A DNA stretch of 64,000 nt, taken from assembly GCA_964409035.1 (NCBI GenBank), contig CAYPBQ010000001.1:28024-92023 (forward strand). The letters are read 5' to 3'. Numbering within the stretch: the first letter of the stretch is position 1; the number at the start of each line of letters is the position of its first letter. Below the pieces are notes generated by a model, which ran no database searches, was not told the origin of the DNA, and saw only the letters and a list, made by a program, of their open reading frames with translations. The stretch is from an uncultured Candidatus Saccharibacteria bacterium. Lineage in GTDB: Bacteria > Patescibacteriota > Minisyncoccia > Phycocordibacterales > UBA12088. The translations under genes and the position numbers were made by a program. Below, in pieces: positions 20,520 to 30,589 of the stretch.

Positions 20520-20590
20520 CTGCCGGACTTGGATTCGAACCAAGATACACGCCTCCAAAGGGCGTAGTCCTACCATTAGACGATCCGGCA
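20520..20590 (-). tRNA. tRNA-Gln(TTG)
   Basis: Cloverleaf; ACGCC-CT TTG GA-GGCGT; GGTTCGAATCC. Confidence 0.95.
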
Positions 20591-20631
20591 ATGGCTACAT
20601 CAGGCACTTTAGCATAAGAAATTGTATGATT

Positions 20632-21261
20632 CTAGCTGAAAAAGGATTTATGTAGTGGCACAAATGTTTCCACCGCCCACTCCCCTTTTGTTGTTTGTGT
20701 TGCGTGGAAGCCTCCGCAGTGTACAAGCTCAGAAATTACCGTAAGTGGACGCCTAAAAAATGGCACAAATGTGTTGCCCTTCAGAATGTCTGTCATTTCT
20801 AGAATAATTGCGTTATGCGCAATGATGAGTAATTTTTCTTCTGATGTAGCGCTTGCCTCAATGCGCGCTAATGCCTCTGCAGTTCTTGCTCTAAACTCAT
20901 AGGGATTTTCTTCATCACTGTAATGCATGTGGCTTCCTCCAAATAGAAGAAGCAGTGAGGCAACATAGAGTGATCGAGGATGAAAGTATGAAAGGTCTGC
21001 AAGCACTGATGGGCGCCGCTCTTCACGCAAATCTTCATGAAAAGTTATTGGCAGATTGAGGGTAGCTCCAACTATCGTTGCAGTCTGCATAGCTCTTGAA
21101 GCAGTGCTTGTTTCTATGCGACTGATTCCATATGAGGAAATGGCAGATGCAAGCGCGTTTGCTTGTGCCTCACCCTTTGGTGAGAGTGGTGTGTGGTGTC
21201 GGTGGTGGGTAAAGCGAGCATTATGCAACGTCTCGCCATGTCGCACGATAAATAGTTCCAT
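20632..21261 (-). CDS. Histidine phosphatase family protein
   Basis: VRHGET, RAMQTA, LIIAH. Confidence 0.9.
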   Translation of the reverse strand: MELFIVRHGETLHNARFTHHRHHTPLSPKGEAQANALASAISSYGISRIETSTASRAMQTATIVGATLNLPITFHEDLREERRPSVLADLSYFHPRSLYVASLLLLFGGSHMHYSDEENPYEFRARTAEALARIEASATSEEKLLIIAHNAIILEMTDILKGNTFVPFFRRPLTVISELVHCGGFHATQTTKGEWAVETFVPLHKSFFS

Positions 21262-21262
21262 A

Positions 21263-22276
21263 CTATGAGAGAATCTCTAGAATAGAAAGCTCAAGCACAA
21301 TATACGGGTCGTATGCCTTTGGCATTGTACTGAGAGCACTAAGTAGCGATACCAAAGATTTTTTTGCAAGTGTCTCATCAATACTACCAAGGAGGAGTAT
21401 GTCTTCTTGAGAGAAGGCATTCTCGTACTTTTTTGCAAGGAGTGGTGCCACCTTATAGAGTAGTGCTTGTCTAAATTTTCGCACCAATAGCTCTGCGAGG
21501 AGTACTGGATGCATGCCATCTCGTGATGCATGTGAAAGTTCGGTAAAAGCCATCTCTTTGTCAGCATTCTTAATTGCAGAAATAAGAGAATACACCAATG
21601 CCCCTTTTGGCGCTCCTGTCATAGTCTCTACAACCTCGCGAGTGATGGAGGCTCCATCTGTCGCGCTCATGGCTTTTTGTAATATTCCATGTGCATCGCG
21701 AAAGGAGCCCTCAGCGATAAGTGCAATAAGTTCTGCTGCTTCTTTCTCAATGCGGTACTTCTCTTTTTTCGCTACTGCTTCAAGCATCGCAACAAGAGTA
21801 GTAAGTGATGGCTGTTTGAAGTGGAGTGTTTGGCAACGCGAAATTATTGTCTCAGGGAGGCGGTCAATCTCTGTTGTTGCAAGAATAAACATCACGTGCG
21901 CAGGCGGCTCCTCAAGAGTTTTGAGAAGCGCGTTAAATGCCTCTTTGGTGAGCATGTGTACCTCGTCAATTATGTACACCTTTTTAGGAGATTCAAATGG
22001 CAATACTGTTATAGCGCTTTTTAGTTCTCGCACATCATCAATACCTCTATTTGATGCTGCATCTATTTCAACCAAATCATTTTGCGTGCATCCAACTGCA
22101 TCAACAAGAATGCGCGCAATTGTTGTCTTGCCCGTTCCACGAGGTCCAGCAAAAAGGTACGCGTGCGCGACGGTATTATTCTTAAGCGCGCCTTGTAGTG
22201 TTTGCACTATATGATCCTGCCCAAGTACTTCATCAAAGGATTTCGGGCGATATTTTCTGTATAAGGCTTCGCTCAT
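21263..22276 (-). CDS. dnaX: DNA polymerase III subunit gamma/tau (short)
   Basis: LYRKYRP, GPRGTGKTT, DAASNRG, DEVHML, SRCQ. Confidence 0.95.
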   Translation of the reverse strand: MSEALYRKYRPKSFDEVLGQDHIVQTLQGALKNNTVAHAYLFAGPRGTGKTTIARILVDAVGCTQNDLVEIDAASNRGIDDVRELKSAITVLPFESPKKVYIIDEVHMLTKEAFNALLKTLEEPPAHVMFILATTEIDRLPETIISRCQTLHFKQPSLTTLVAMLEAVAKKEKYRIEKEAAELIALIAEGSFRDAHGILQKAMSATDGASITREVVETMTGAPKGALVYSLISAIKNADKEMAFTELSHASRDGMHPVLLAELLVRKFRQALLYKVAPLLAKKYENAFSQEDILLLGSIDETLAKKSLVSLLSALSTMPKAYDPYIVLELSILEILS

Positions 22277-22310
22277 GTATGGCTTAGTATAGCAGAGGAT
22301 TGAAGTAGCA

Positions 22311-22361
22311 AAAACTCTACACAAAACGCGCCTTATTAGGGCGCGTTTTGTGTAGAGTTTT
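22311..22361. terminator. Long hairpin / terminator
   Basis: AAAACTCTACACAAAACGCGCC..GGCGCGTTTTGTGTAGAGTTTT. Confidence 0.7.
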
Positions 22362-22370
22362 GTTGAGCAA

Positions 22371-22745
22371 TTACTTCTTTTCTACTTTCTTTGCTGTCTT
22401 TGTTGCCTTTGGCTTTGGTGTGAGTTCTTTCTCAATTTCCTTCCAGTGCTTCTTTAGTTCTGCGCCAAGCTTCTTTGCTTCTACCTCTCCTACTGATGCT
22501 GCCTTTTCGTACTTTGCCGTAACAGTATCAACCACCTTCATAAATTTATCCTTGTCCACCTCCTTAAGCTTTTCTACCTGTTCAAGTACTTCACCCTTTG
22601 CTTTTAGCATCCAGCCTTTTGCTTTCTTTCTGTTTTTTGATGCGTCTTTAGTACCGTATAAAAAGTATGCGCTTGCGATTCCGGCAACGGCTGCTGCTGC
22701 TATACCTAGCTTTACCCCAGCGCCCGATGATTGTTTCTTAGCCAT
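22371..22745 (-). CDS. YtxH-like hypothetical protein
   Basis: GIAAAAVAG..AYFLYG, Lys-rich helix. Confidence 0.65.
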   Translation of the reverse strand: MAKKQSSGAGVKLGIAAAAVAGIASAYFLYGTKDASKNRKKAKGWMLKAKGEVLEQVEKLKEVDKDKFMKVVDTVTAKYEKAASVGEVEAKKLGAELKKHWKEIEKELTPKPKATKTAKKVEKK

Positions 22746-22770
22746 GCAGTATGATTACTTCCAATAATAA

Positions 22771-23091
22771 TTACTCTGAGTCCTCTTCTCGTTTAGTACG
22801 CCGTGCCCTCTTTGGCTTGGCACCCGATCCAAATCGCTCTGCTTGATGAGCGACAAACGACATGATCGGCATTATTTTTGACTCACCTTCCTCTACCATC
22901 TTTTTCACAGTATCAACTCCATCTGATACTGAACGCACTCCCTTTCTCACAGTGTCGGTAATTTCTGCGATGTTACGTACTATTTTAAGTACATAGTATA
23001 AAATCACTATAACTACCGCAGTCACCATCACTACCGCAAAAGAGGTGATGTAGAAAAAAATATTAGTCTGAAGAATGAGCTCGCTTTCCAC
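22771..23091 (-). CDS. DUF948-like single-TM protein
   Basis: TM followed by amphipathic helix; paired with YtxH-like gene. Confidence 0.6.
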   Translation of the reverse strand: MESELILQTNIFFYITSFAVVMVTAVVIVILYYVLKIVRNIAEITDTVRKGVRSVSDGVDTVKKMVEEGESKIMPIMSFVAHQAERFGSGAKPKRARRTKREEDSE

Positions 23092-23140
23092 CCTTATAGT
23101 ATCCCTCTCATATGCATAGGGCGCAATGTGTATAACAGCG

Positions 23141-24121
23141 CTATTGCCTATCCTGTATAAACTGTGTAATTACTTCCCTCACCTCAGCAGCAGTTTCTAC
23201 ATGCATCAGGCGGTCACGTAGCTCTTTTGCGCCATCAAAACCAGACACGTATGATTTATACATCCGTCGTACTTTTATAAAATGCTTATGTGGCAAGAGC
23301 TTTTCATAGAGGTCAGTATGCGCAAGGAGGGCGCTGAGTCTATCACTAAGTGATAGGGTTGATTCGTCTACGCGCTCATCAAATAGCCATGGTCTGCCAA
23401 ATACCGCACGCCCAATCATGGCTCCATCAGCGTGAGTTGCAGCTATTTTTGCTCGGGCATCTTCAATACTTTGCACATCACCATTACCTATTATGCGCGC
23501 AGCGCTCTTGTGCGCATCACGTATTTCTACTGCTCGTGCTATACGATCCCACCTAGCGGGTACAAGTGATAATTCTTTTTTTGTGCGTGCATGAATGGTA
23601 ACCGCAGAAGGCTCTGCGCTAAGGAGTGTAGGTAACCATGTTTCAAGCTCATCCTTGTTGTACCCCAATCGTGTTTTTACTGATACAGGAAGTCCACTCT
23701 TTTTTGCTGCACTAATAAGTGCAACTGCTTGCTCAGGGTACCGTATTAGCTCTGCGCCTGCCTTTTGCTTCATTACGCTTCTGTCTGGGCATCCCATGTT
23801 AATATCTACTCCATCAAAGCCAAGCTCAGCAACAAGCCTTGCCGCATACTCCATCATGTCGGGTGAGTGGGTAAATAGTTGTGCAACAATTGGTCGCTCT
23901 GCTTCGGAGTATTGCAAATCAAGCATGAGAGGGTTTTCAGCATCTGCGATTTTTTGTATTTCTCTCGTATGGTACAAGCCATCAGCAGATACAAATTCAG
24001 TCCACATAACATCCGCGCTCTTGTATGAAGCAATAAGATGTCTAAATGCGGGGTCTGTAGCATCCGCCATTGGCGCAAGTACAAAAAATGGCTTTTTTAG
24101 ATTTTTCCAAAATGAGTCCAT
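23141..24121 (-). CDS. dus: tRNA-dihydrouridine synthase
   Basis: LAPMA, DINMGCP, SVKTRLG, IHART, GNGDV, MIGRA. Confidence 0.95.
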   Translation of the reverse strand: MDSFWKNLKKPFFVLAPMADATDPAFRHLIASYKSADVMWTEFVSADGLYHTREIQKIADAENPLMLDLQYSEAERPIVAQLFTHSPDMMEYAARLVAELGFDGVDINMGCPDRSVMKQKAGAELIRYPEQAVALISAAKKSGLPVSVKTRLGYNKDELETWLPTLLSAEPSAVTIHARTKKELSLVPARWDRIARAVEIRDAHKSAARIIGNGDVQSIEDARAKIAATHADGAMIGRAVFGRPWLFDERVDESTLSLSDRLSALLAHTDLYEKLLPHKHFIKVRRMYKSYVSGFDGAKELRDRLMHVETAAEVREVITQFIQDRQ

Positions 24122-24190
24122 AGCTGAAGCCTAGCAATTGACTAATTACTGTCAAATGTGCAAAGTGGTGCTAGTAAACAGGAGGTTCTG

Positions 24191-24484
24191 ATGAATGAAA
24201 AGAGTGGGAGTACCTTTTTTATTCAAGGAGTAGGATATCTTGCAATAAGAACAGCTGGGGGGCTAGTGAAAATTCCTAGCTCAGATGGCGCGCTTATAAT
24301 ACGTAATGGAGCTAGCCAATTTGTTCCTTTTAAAAAAGGATTGAGCTTAATAGTGAGTAAAGAGACGACCTCACATACTCTCGCATTTATCTGCCTACCT
24401 AGGCTTGGCACTGCAAAAGAAGTGTTGCAAATAAGAAGAAGGCTAGGCAAAGAACAAGGCAAAGATGTGGTACTAAACATGTAG
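24191..24484 (+). CDS. Hypothetical protein (orphan)
   Basis: SD CAGGAGG before ATG 24191; followed by hairpin. Confidence 0.5.
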   Translation: MNEKSGSTFFIQGVGYLAIRTAGGLVKIPSSDGALIIRNGASQFVPFKKGLSLIVSKETTSHTLAFICLPRLGTAKEVLQIRRRLGKEQGKDVVLNM

Positions 24485-24513
24485 AGGGGCGTTCAACATA
24501 GTTGAACGCCCCT
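24485..24513. terminator. Hairpin between convergent genes
   Basis: AGGGGCGTTCAAC/GTTGAACGCCCCT. Confidence 0.65.
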
Positions 24514-24519
24514 AGTACT

Positions 24520-26949
24520 TTATATGGTTATCGTCTGTCCTCTACGAACCTCTCCTGCAATCAATTTATCAGCAACTTTTTGCTCTATTAATTCTTGTAT
24601 TGCTCTATTCATTGGGCGGGCGCCAAATTGCGGATCGTACCCTTCTTTTACTATCGTCTCAAGCATTGCATCTGATACTTCAAGATTGACCCCTTGTTCA
24701 CGCAATCGCTTTTTTAGCTTAGTCAGCATGAGTCCGGCAATTTTTCTAATATCTTCAATAGAAAGCGGATGAAAAACAATCACTCCATCAAAGCGGTTAA
24801 GTAACTCGGGTTTAAATATTCCTCTCTTAATAATTTCATTGGTGAGGTCATCTGCATGTAAAGAAGGGTCAGTGTTACTTTTTGCATACTCCCAAATTTT
24901 ATCGCTTGCAGCGTTTGAGGTTGCTATCACAATAACGTTACGCGCATTCACCCGTTTGCCATGCGCGTCAGAAAATTGCCCTTCGTCAAGAATCTGAAGA
25001 AACAAATCATGGACATCTGGATTTGTTTTTTCAAACTCATCAAGAAGAAGTATGCCGTACTGCCCTTCTCTAAGCGCGCTTGATAGTGTCCCTGCCTTTC
25101 CAGATTGAAATGAGCCTATAAGTCTATCAAGCGCATCTGCGCCTCTATACTCACTCATGTCAAAACGCATGATTTTTTCTTTGTTTCCAAAAAATACTTC
25201 CGCAAGTGCTTTTGTTGTTTCTGTCTTTCCTACACCTGTAGGTCCTAAGAACAAGAATGATCCCATGGGGCGCTCCATATTGCGCACCCCTGCTCGTGAC
25301 CTACGCATAGCCTTTGCTATTGCTGATACCGCTTCCACTTGCCCGATAATCTTTTCATGCAAGCGCTTTTCCAAATCAATAAGCATTTTTTGCTCATCCT
25401 TTGTTGGAGCGCTAAGCGGTATACCTGTTTTACCCTCAACAAGAGTAAGTACATCTTTTTGCAGAATATACTCCTGTTTATTTGCGACAGCAGATGCTAC
25501 TAGCTCGCGCATAAGGTCAAATCCCTTGTCTGGCATTACCCCGTTTGCAAAGTATCTATCCGCGCTTCTGATGATTTCTAAAATCGCCTGGTAGGTGAAA
25601 AACACATTATGCTTTTCTTCAAGTATGAGTGATTCCCGCCCCAAGACTCGCACCAACATATATTCATCAAGATCCTCAACATATACCGTATCGAAAAACT
25701 GCATGATAGTGCCATGCTTTTCAAGTGTGTGGTGATACGCCTGAGGATCATCAGTAAAAATTATTTGTAAATCTTTTGATGAAAAGTATGGAGTCATCAA
25801 ATCAATAACATCAACTCCAATAGCTTTTGTTGCCTCCATAAACGCGGTGACATTTTGTATCACCAAGATGATGTTACCAGCGTAGGCAGACTGATCGAGT
25901 ATTTTTATAAATTCATGTTCAAATGCGCCAGACGCTTTGCCTACCTCTACCATAGCGGTAGGGTTAACAATAAACACTGTCTTATCCATGAGTGGTGGTA
26001 ACGCGCTGCCCTCTCTGATGCGACGAGCAATTCTTGCGATAATTTCCATCTCTCCAATACCTGGCTCTCCAACTAAAAGTACATTTGACTGCCTATTTCG
26101 TGCCAAAATAGTCTCAAGCTTATCTACCTCTTCACGTTCACGCCATGCAAATTGTGATGATTCATACACCACATCTGTCACAATATCGTGACCATACTTG
26201 TCCAAAAAGTATGTCTGTCCGTAGCCAAGTGATCTACCAATAGCAGGAAATCTTCCTAGATTATCTCTGCCCCACCACCGCTGTCGCAATCTGCGCTCTC
26301 TAAAAATTTCTTCTACCCATAATGATGTTCCCAAAAAATCACTTTCTTGGACTTCTTCTTTAAACAAAAATTCTTGCAGTGAGTTGTCTGCGCGATAAAT
26401 CGCTGCTGCATATTTTGAGATGGTTACAGGACCATCACCATAAAATGTTAGTGCTCCACCACTTAGATGCTCTCTGTGTCCTTGCAAAAATTGCTCTCGC
26501 GCCTCATCACGTACTCCTAATCTAGTAAGAATAACACCGCCAAAGTATGAGGTGAGAAAGCCTTCAGTAACATCATAAGGATTGGTTGAGTAGGTAATAG
26601 AACCCACTTCAAAGCTAACCGAAGTTGACGCATGACTTTCAAGCTCTTCAAGAACAAAATCAAGTCCACGATAGTAGTATGATCTCCTAAACCACTCCAA
26701 AAGGGCAAAGATCATCCATACTGAACACAACACAAGAGAGCTACCTACCCACAATGTCTCAAAGCTAGTTATAAACGGTGATACGGAAGGAAAGACAATT
26801 GCAATACCGCCAAGAAGTACTGTCACAAAAAAGGCTACCGCTATAACTCTAGATATCCTTCTGCGTACTGGCGTATCCAACGTAGCCTCAAGCACAAAGA
26901 TAGGTGCAAAGTGTTTGTATACGTATTCTTGTAGATCAGCAAAGCTCAT
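24520..26949 (-). CDS. Membrane-anchored ClpA/B-type AAA+ ATPase
   Basis: 2 N-term TM; degenerate D1 (GEPGIGEM); intact D2 ([27 protein letters not shown]). Confidence 0.88.
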   Translation of the reverse strand: MSFADLQEYVYKHFAPIFVLEATLDTPVRRRISRVIAVAFFVTVLLGGIAIVFPSVSPFITSFETLWVGSSLVLCSVWMIFALLEWFRRSYYYRGLDFVLEELESHASTSVSFEVGSITYSTNPYDVTEGFLTSYFGGVILTRLGVRDEAREQFLQGHREHLSGGALTFYGDGPVTISKYAAAIYRADNSLQEFLFKEEVQESDFLGTSLWVEEIFRERRLRQRWWGRDNLGRFPAIGRSLGYGQTYFLDKYGHDIVTDVVYESSQFAWREREEVDKLETILARNRQSNVLLVGEPGIGEMEIIARIARRIREGSALPPLMDKTVFIVNPTAMVEVGKASGAFEHEFIKILDQSAYAGNIILVIQNVTAFMEATKAIGVDVIDLMTPYFSSKDLQIIFTDDPQAYHHTLEKHGTIMQFFDTVYVEDLDEYMLVRVLGRESLILEEKHNVFFTYQAILEIIRSADRYFANGVMPDKGFDLMRELVASAVANKQEYILQKDVLTLVEGKTGIPLSAPTKDEQKMLIDLEKRLHEKIIGQVEAVSAIAKAMRRSRAGVRNMERPMGSFLFLGPTGVGKTETTKALAEVFFGNKEKIMRFDMSEYRGADALDRLIGSFQSGKAGTLSSALREGQYGILLLDEFEKTNPDVHDLFLQILDEGQFSDAHGKRVNARNVIVIATSNAASDKIWEYAKSNTDPSLHADDLTNEIIKRGIFKPELLNRFDGVIVFHPLSIEDIRKIAGLMLTKLKKRLREQGVNLEVSDAMLETIVKEGYDPQFGARPMNRAIQELIEQKVADKLIAGEVRRGQTITI

Positions 26950-26950
26950 A

Positions 26951-27328
26951 TTACATAACACTTATAGCCACCCCAAGCGCAATAAGTCCTGGAATGATAA
27001 CAGGGATAAAAAACCACACTACAAACAACAATAATCCAACTGAAAATGTGGCAAGTAGAAATACAAGCCCAATCAATATAAGAATACTGCGTATGCCAAA
27101 TCCCACTATACGCATGATAAGGCTTACAATAATTACCTCAGCGAGTTTATCTAGGTGTAATCCTCCATTATATTTTTCACCTAGTCGCTGAAAAGGGTCA
27201 AATAGCGTACGAAGAAGTATTGGTATCGAAAATACGTGGAGCACAAACCACATAAAATTTACCCACACACCAATATATTCTTTTGGTGCTCGTGTATAGT
27301 GCCAACGTGTGTAGTAATACAGCAGCAT
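26951..27328 (-). CDS. Membrane protein upstream of Clp ATPase
   Basis: WHY..FSIPILLRTLFDPF; hydrophobic. Confidence 0.7.
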   Translation of the reverse strand: MLLYYYTRWHYTRAPKEYIGVWVNFMWFVLHVFSIPILLRTLFDPFQRLGEKYNGGLHLDKLAEVIIVSLIMRIVGFGIRSILILIGLVFLLATFSVGLLLFVVWFFIPVIIPGLIALGVAISVM

Positions 27329-27347
27329 TAAAAATAGTATACTCGTT

Positions 27348-28202
27348 TTACTCGTTGGTGGGGAGAGTTGCTGTTCCCTCTAACGCATCTTCTCCAACAA
27401 AGCGATAATATATTTTTTTTCCAAATCGCATATCAATGTACGCAATAGTAGCAAGGTTAATATCGCGCAAAGGTTCCTCCTTGAAGATGGTCATAATCAC
27501 ATCCGCAAGTGATGAAAAATCATCATGGAGGTTAATGCGTAACTCAGGACCATCATTAATGGCTAAAAATGCCTCTTGCTCATCCGAAGAAATGTTGACG
27601 CGCATTACTGGATAACCATTTGCAGATAAAAATGATACCAGCTCACTTACGTGTGTATATGTCGCAGGAGTGAGTAATTGCATTGAAAGCGGCGGCTTTC
27701 CTGTTTCGTCCTTGGTGTACTTTACATACACCGCATCAGAAAATGTGGGGGCAAGTGCATACCCCATGGCGGTCTCGTCGATGTAATAGCATGATTCATC
27801 TGAAAGACACCACAATGCATGAGGTTCTCTCTCTACAACTGCTATTTCAAGAGTCGTAAGATTGGTACGCTTTACTGCTACTTCCTTAATTCTTGGGAGT
27901 GCTTCAAGAATCTGAGACTCAATAGAAGCGATAGGAACAAGCACTACATTATTACGTGGAAATATAAACAGAAACTTTTGCGAAAGAATCAATCTAGCTT
28001 GCGCCTCTATGGTGGCTACCTCTTCCACATGATTACCTTGCACAGTAATAGTAGCAACCCGCCAAAAAGATAAATAGAGCGAATATACCGCAGCAATAAT
28101 CACCACACATATCCCCAAGAAAAATAGCCCGACTCGTACCAGAATCTTTTTTCTATATTTAGCTTTACGCTCAAGCGAGGAAAATGTATGCGGCCTCGGC
28201 AT
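27348..28202 (-). CDS. ftsQ: FtsQ/DivIB-like cell division protein
   Basis: Basic N-term, TM, POTRA (ITVQGN..IAVVER), YIDMRF. Confidence 0.8.
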   Translation of the reverse strand: MPRPHTFSSLERKAKYRKKILVRVGLFFLGICVVIIAAVYSLYLSFWRVATITVQGNHVEEVATIEAQARLILSQKFLFIFPRNNVVLVPIASIESQILEALPRIKEVAVKRTNLTTLEIAVVEREPHALWCLSDESCYYIDETAMGYALAPTFSDAVYVKYTKDETGKPPLSMQLLTPATYTHVSELVSFLSANGYPVMRVNISSDEQEAFLAINDGPELRINLHDDFSSLADVIMTIFKEEPLRDINLATIAYIDMRFGKKIYYRFVGEDALEGTATLPTNE

Positions 28203-28206
28203 ATAG

Positions 28207-29478
28207 CTATAAGCGTATCACGTCTTTGCCCATGTAAGGACGAAGCGCTTCAGTAATGACAATTGAGCCGTCTTCCTGCTGATTGTTTTCAATAATTGAA
28301 ATCAAAATTCGTGGTGTGGCAATAGCGGTATTGTTTAGTGAGTGGGCAAAACGCAATTTACCTGTCTCATCTTTATATCTAATATTAAGTCTTCTGGTTT
28401 GAAAGTCGTGGAAGTATGACGCGCTGTGTGTTTCTCTGTATGTCTGTTCACTTGGTACCCACGCTTCAATGTCATACTTCTTTACCTGCCCAAGACCAAT
28501 ATCAGCTCCGCAATTGAGCACCACATGGTACGGAATGTTTAGTAATTGAAGTAATTTTTCAGAATTGCTGGTTAGCTCCTCATGCAAGGTCACCGAAGTC
28601 TCGTGTGACGCCTCGCACAATATAACTTGCTCAAACTTAAAAAATTCATGTACACGCATGATGCCCTTGGTGTCCTTTCCATGACTTCCCGCTTCTCGCC
28701 TAAAGCATGGTGAGAAGGCAAAATACTTCAATGGAAGCGACGCCCCATCAAGTACCTCGTCCATAAAATATCCCATCATGGCAACTTCTGCGGTACCCGC
28801 GAGGTAATCATTATCTTGTGTTTTGTACAAATCCTCTTCTGACTGAGGCAGATAACCTGTCCCTAAAAATGGTTCTTTGCGTACCATACTAGGTACTACC
28901 ATCGGAACGTACTCTGGCTTTTGCTTTAGGAAATGATCCATAACAAACTGCCATACTGCGAAATTAAGCCGAGCACCATCACCTGTTAGAAAGTATCCTC
29001 TAAATCCAGCAACTTTAGTCCCGCGATCTAAATCTAGCATGCCAAGCGCGAGCATTAGCTCAACATGATTCTTAGGTGTGAATGAAAAATGTGGAATAGT
29101 GCCCCATGTACGCACCTCCTTGTTGTCCTTATCACTCTCTCCATCTGGCACGGTCATATCAGGCACATTAGGAACCTGTACCATGAGCTTTTGCCACTCC
29201 TGCATAACTTGCTTCAACTTTTCCTCCTCCTTTTGGAGCTCATCCTTATGCACTCGCATTTTACTAATCAAGATCTCTCTCTCGCTTGCATTTGCTGCTT
29301 TTGTAATGCCATCCGATGCAGCATTTTGCATAGCCCGAAATTCGTCTACTTTCTGCTGAAGTAGTTTTCGCTCATCATCAATAGCCACAAGTGCATCAAG
29401 GTCAACCGTAACGTGCTTTTTCCTTGCCGCATCCTTTACCAAATCCAAGTTTTCGCGAATGAATTTTATATCAAGCAT
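28207..29478 (-). CDS. serS: Serine--tRNA ligase
   Basis: MLDIKFIREN, GTAEV, FRREAG, HSLNNTAIATPR. Confidence 0.97.
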   Translation of the reverse strand: MLDIKFIRENLDLVKDAARKKHVTVDLDALVAIDDERKLLQQKVDEFRAMQNAASDGITKAANASEREILISKMRVHKDELQKEEEKLKQVMQEWQKLMVQVPNVPDMTVPDGESDKDNKEVRTWGTIPHFSFTPKNHVELMLALGMLDLDRGTKVAGFRGYFLTGDGARLNFAVWQFVMDHFLKQKPEYVPMVVPSMVRKEPFLGTGYLPQSEEDLYKTQDNDYLAGTAEVAMMGYFMDEVLDGASLPLKYFAFSPCFRREAGSHGKDTKGIMRVHEFFKFEQVILCEASHETSVTLHEELTSNSEKLLQLLNIPYHVVLNCGADIGLGQVKKYDIEAWVPSEQTYRETHSASYFHDFQTRRLNIRYKDETGKLRFAHSLNNTAIATPRILISIIENNQQEDGSIVITEALRPYMGKDVIRL

Positions 29479-29579
29479 AATAGTGATTATTTTCCCGTAT
29501 ACCCCTAACGGTAGCAGTACAGCGAAGAGTGGTCAAACACAGCTAGTCTATGGGCACTATACTGCCCATAGACTACAAT

Positions 29580-30455
29580 ATGGATATGGGAGAGATGTAC
29601 ACCATTAGCACAAAAAACATATTTCCACTCCTTAGCCATATTTCTAATGCACCCGAGAAGCTTTATGCGATAGGAAGCCTCCCCACTCTCCAATATAGCT
29701 ATATATGCGTGATAGGAACTCGATCGCCAACACCATATGGAAGGATGGCAGTCGAGAGATTGTTGCATGGCCTTGTCGGCTACCCAATATGTATAGTCTC
29801 TGGCCTTGCGCTTGGAATCGATGCCGTAGCGCATGAATGCGCCCTCAAAGAAGGACTCTTTACCATTGCAGTCCCCGGCTCTGGGTTAAATCGAGATGTA
29901 ATATACCCCAGAAGACACGCACACCTTGCAGCACGCATCGCAGCTGAAGGCGGTCTACTCCTATCGGAATTTGAGCCGGATTTCAGCGCACAGATGTGGA
30001 GCTTCCCTAAACGTAATCGCATCATGGCAGGACTCTCCCACGCAACACTTATAATAGAGGCGACAGAGAAATCAGGTACGCTCATCACCGCCCGATTAGC
30101 CCTAGAGTACGGTAGAGAAGTGCTTGCTGTTCCTGGTTCAATTTTTTCGGCTACTTCTGCATTGCCGCACGCGCTTATACGAGATGGTGCAACACCGATT
30201 AGAACATCAGAGGACATTTTAGAGTCATTAGGCATCACACCCAAGAACGAAACTAGTGACATGACAGTGATTCTCTCAGCGCCCGAGCGTGCGGTAGTGT
30301 CTATTCTTGTTAAAGAGCCTAAGGAAAGAGACGAATTGTTGCGCGAATTGCGCATGCCGCCACATGAGGCAATAGCACTTTTTAGTGCAATGGAGCTTCG
30401 TGGGTTACTATTTGAGCAAGGCGGCCTATTGTATACAAATATCAAACAATCTTAA
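29580..30455 (+). CDS. dprA: DNA-processing protein DprA
   Basis: IGTR..YG, VSGLALGIDAVAH, FPKRNRIMAG, SGTLITA; start uncertain. Confidence 0.95.
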   Translation: MDMGEMYTISTKNIFPLLSHISNAPEKLYAIGSLPTLQYSYICVIGTRSPTPYGRMAVERLLHGLVGYPICIVSGLALGIDAVAHECALKEGLFTIAVPGSGLNRDVIYPRRHAHLAARIAAEGGLLLSEFEPDFSAQMWSFPKRNRIMAGLSHATLIIEATEKSGTLITARLALEYGREVLAVPGSIFSATSALPHALIRDGATPIRTSEDILESLGITPKNETSDMTVILSAPERAVVSILVKEPKERDELLRELRMPPHEAIALFSAMELRGLLFEQGGLLYTNIKQS

Positions 30456-30589
30456 TGATGACACGCATCCACACTCTTCATTTGCTGATAGATAGACAAG
30501 TTATGCACAAATGTGGCATTTGCACTCTTTAAGGTGCTGTGGTATTGATTGCCCTGCAATAGTGCATATTCAAAAAACAATCATATAAC

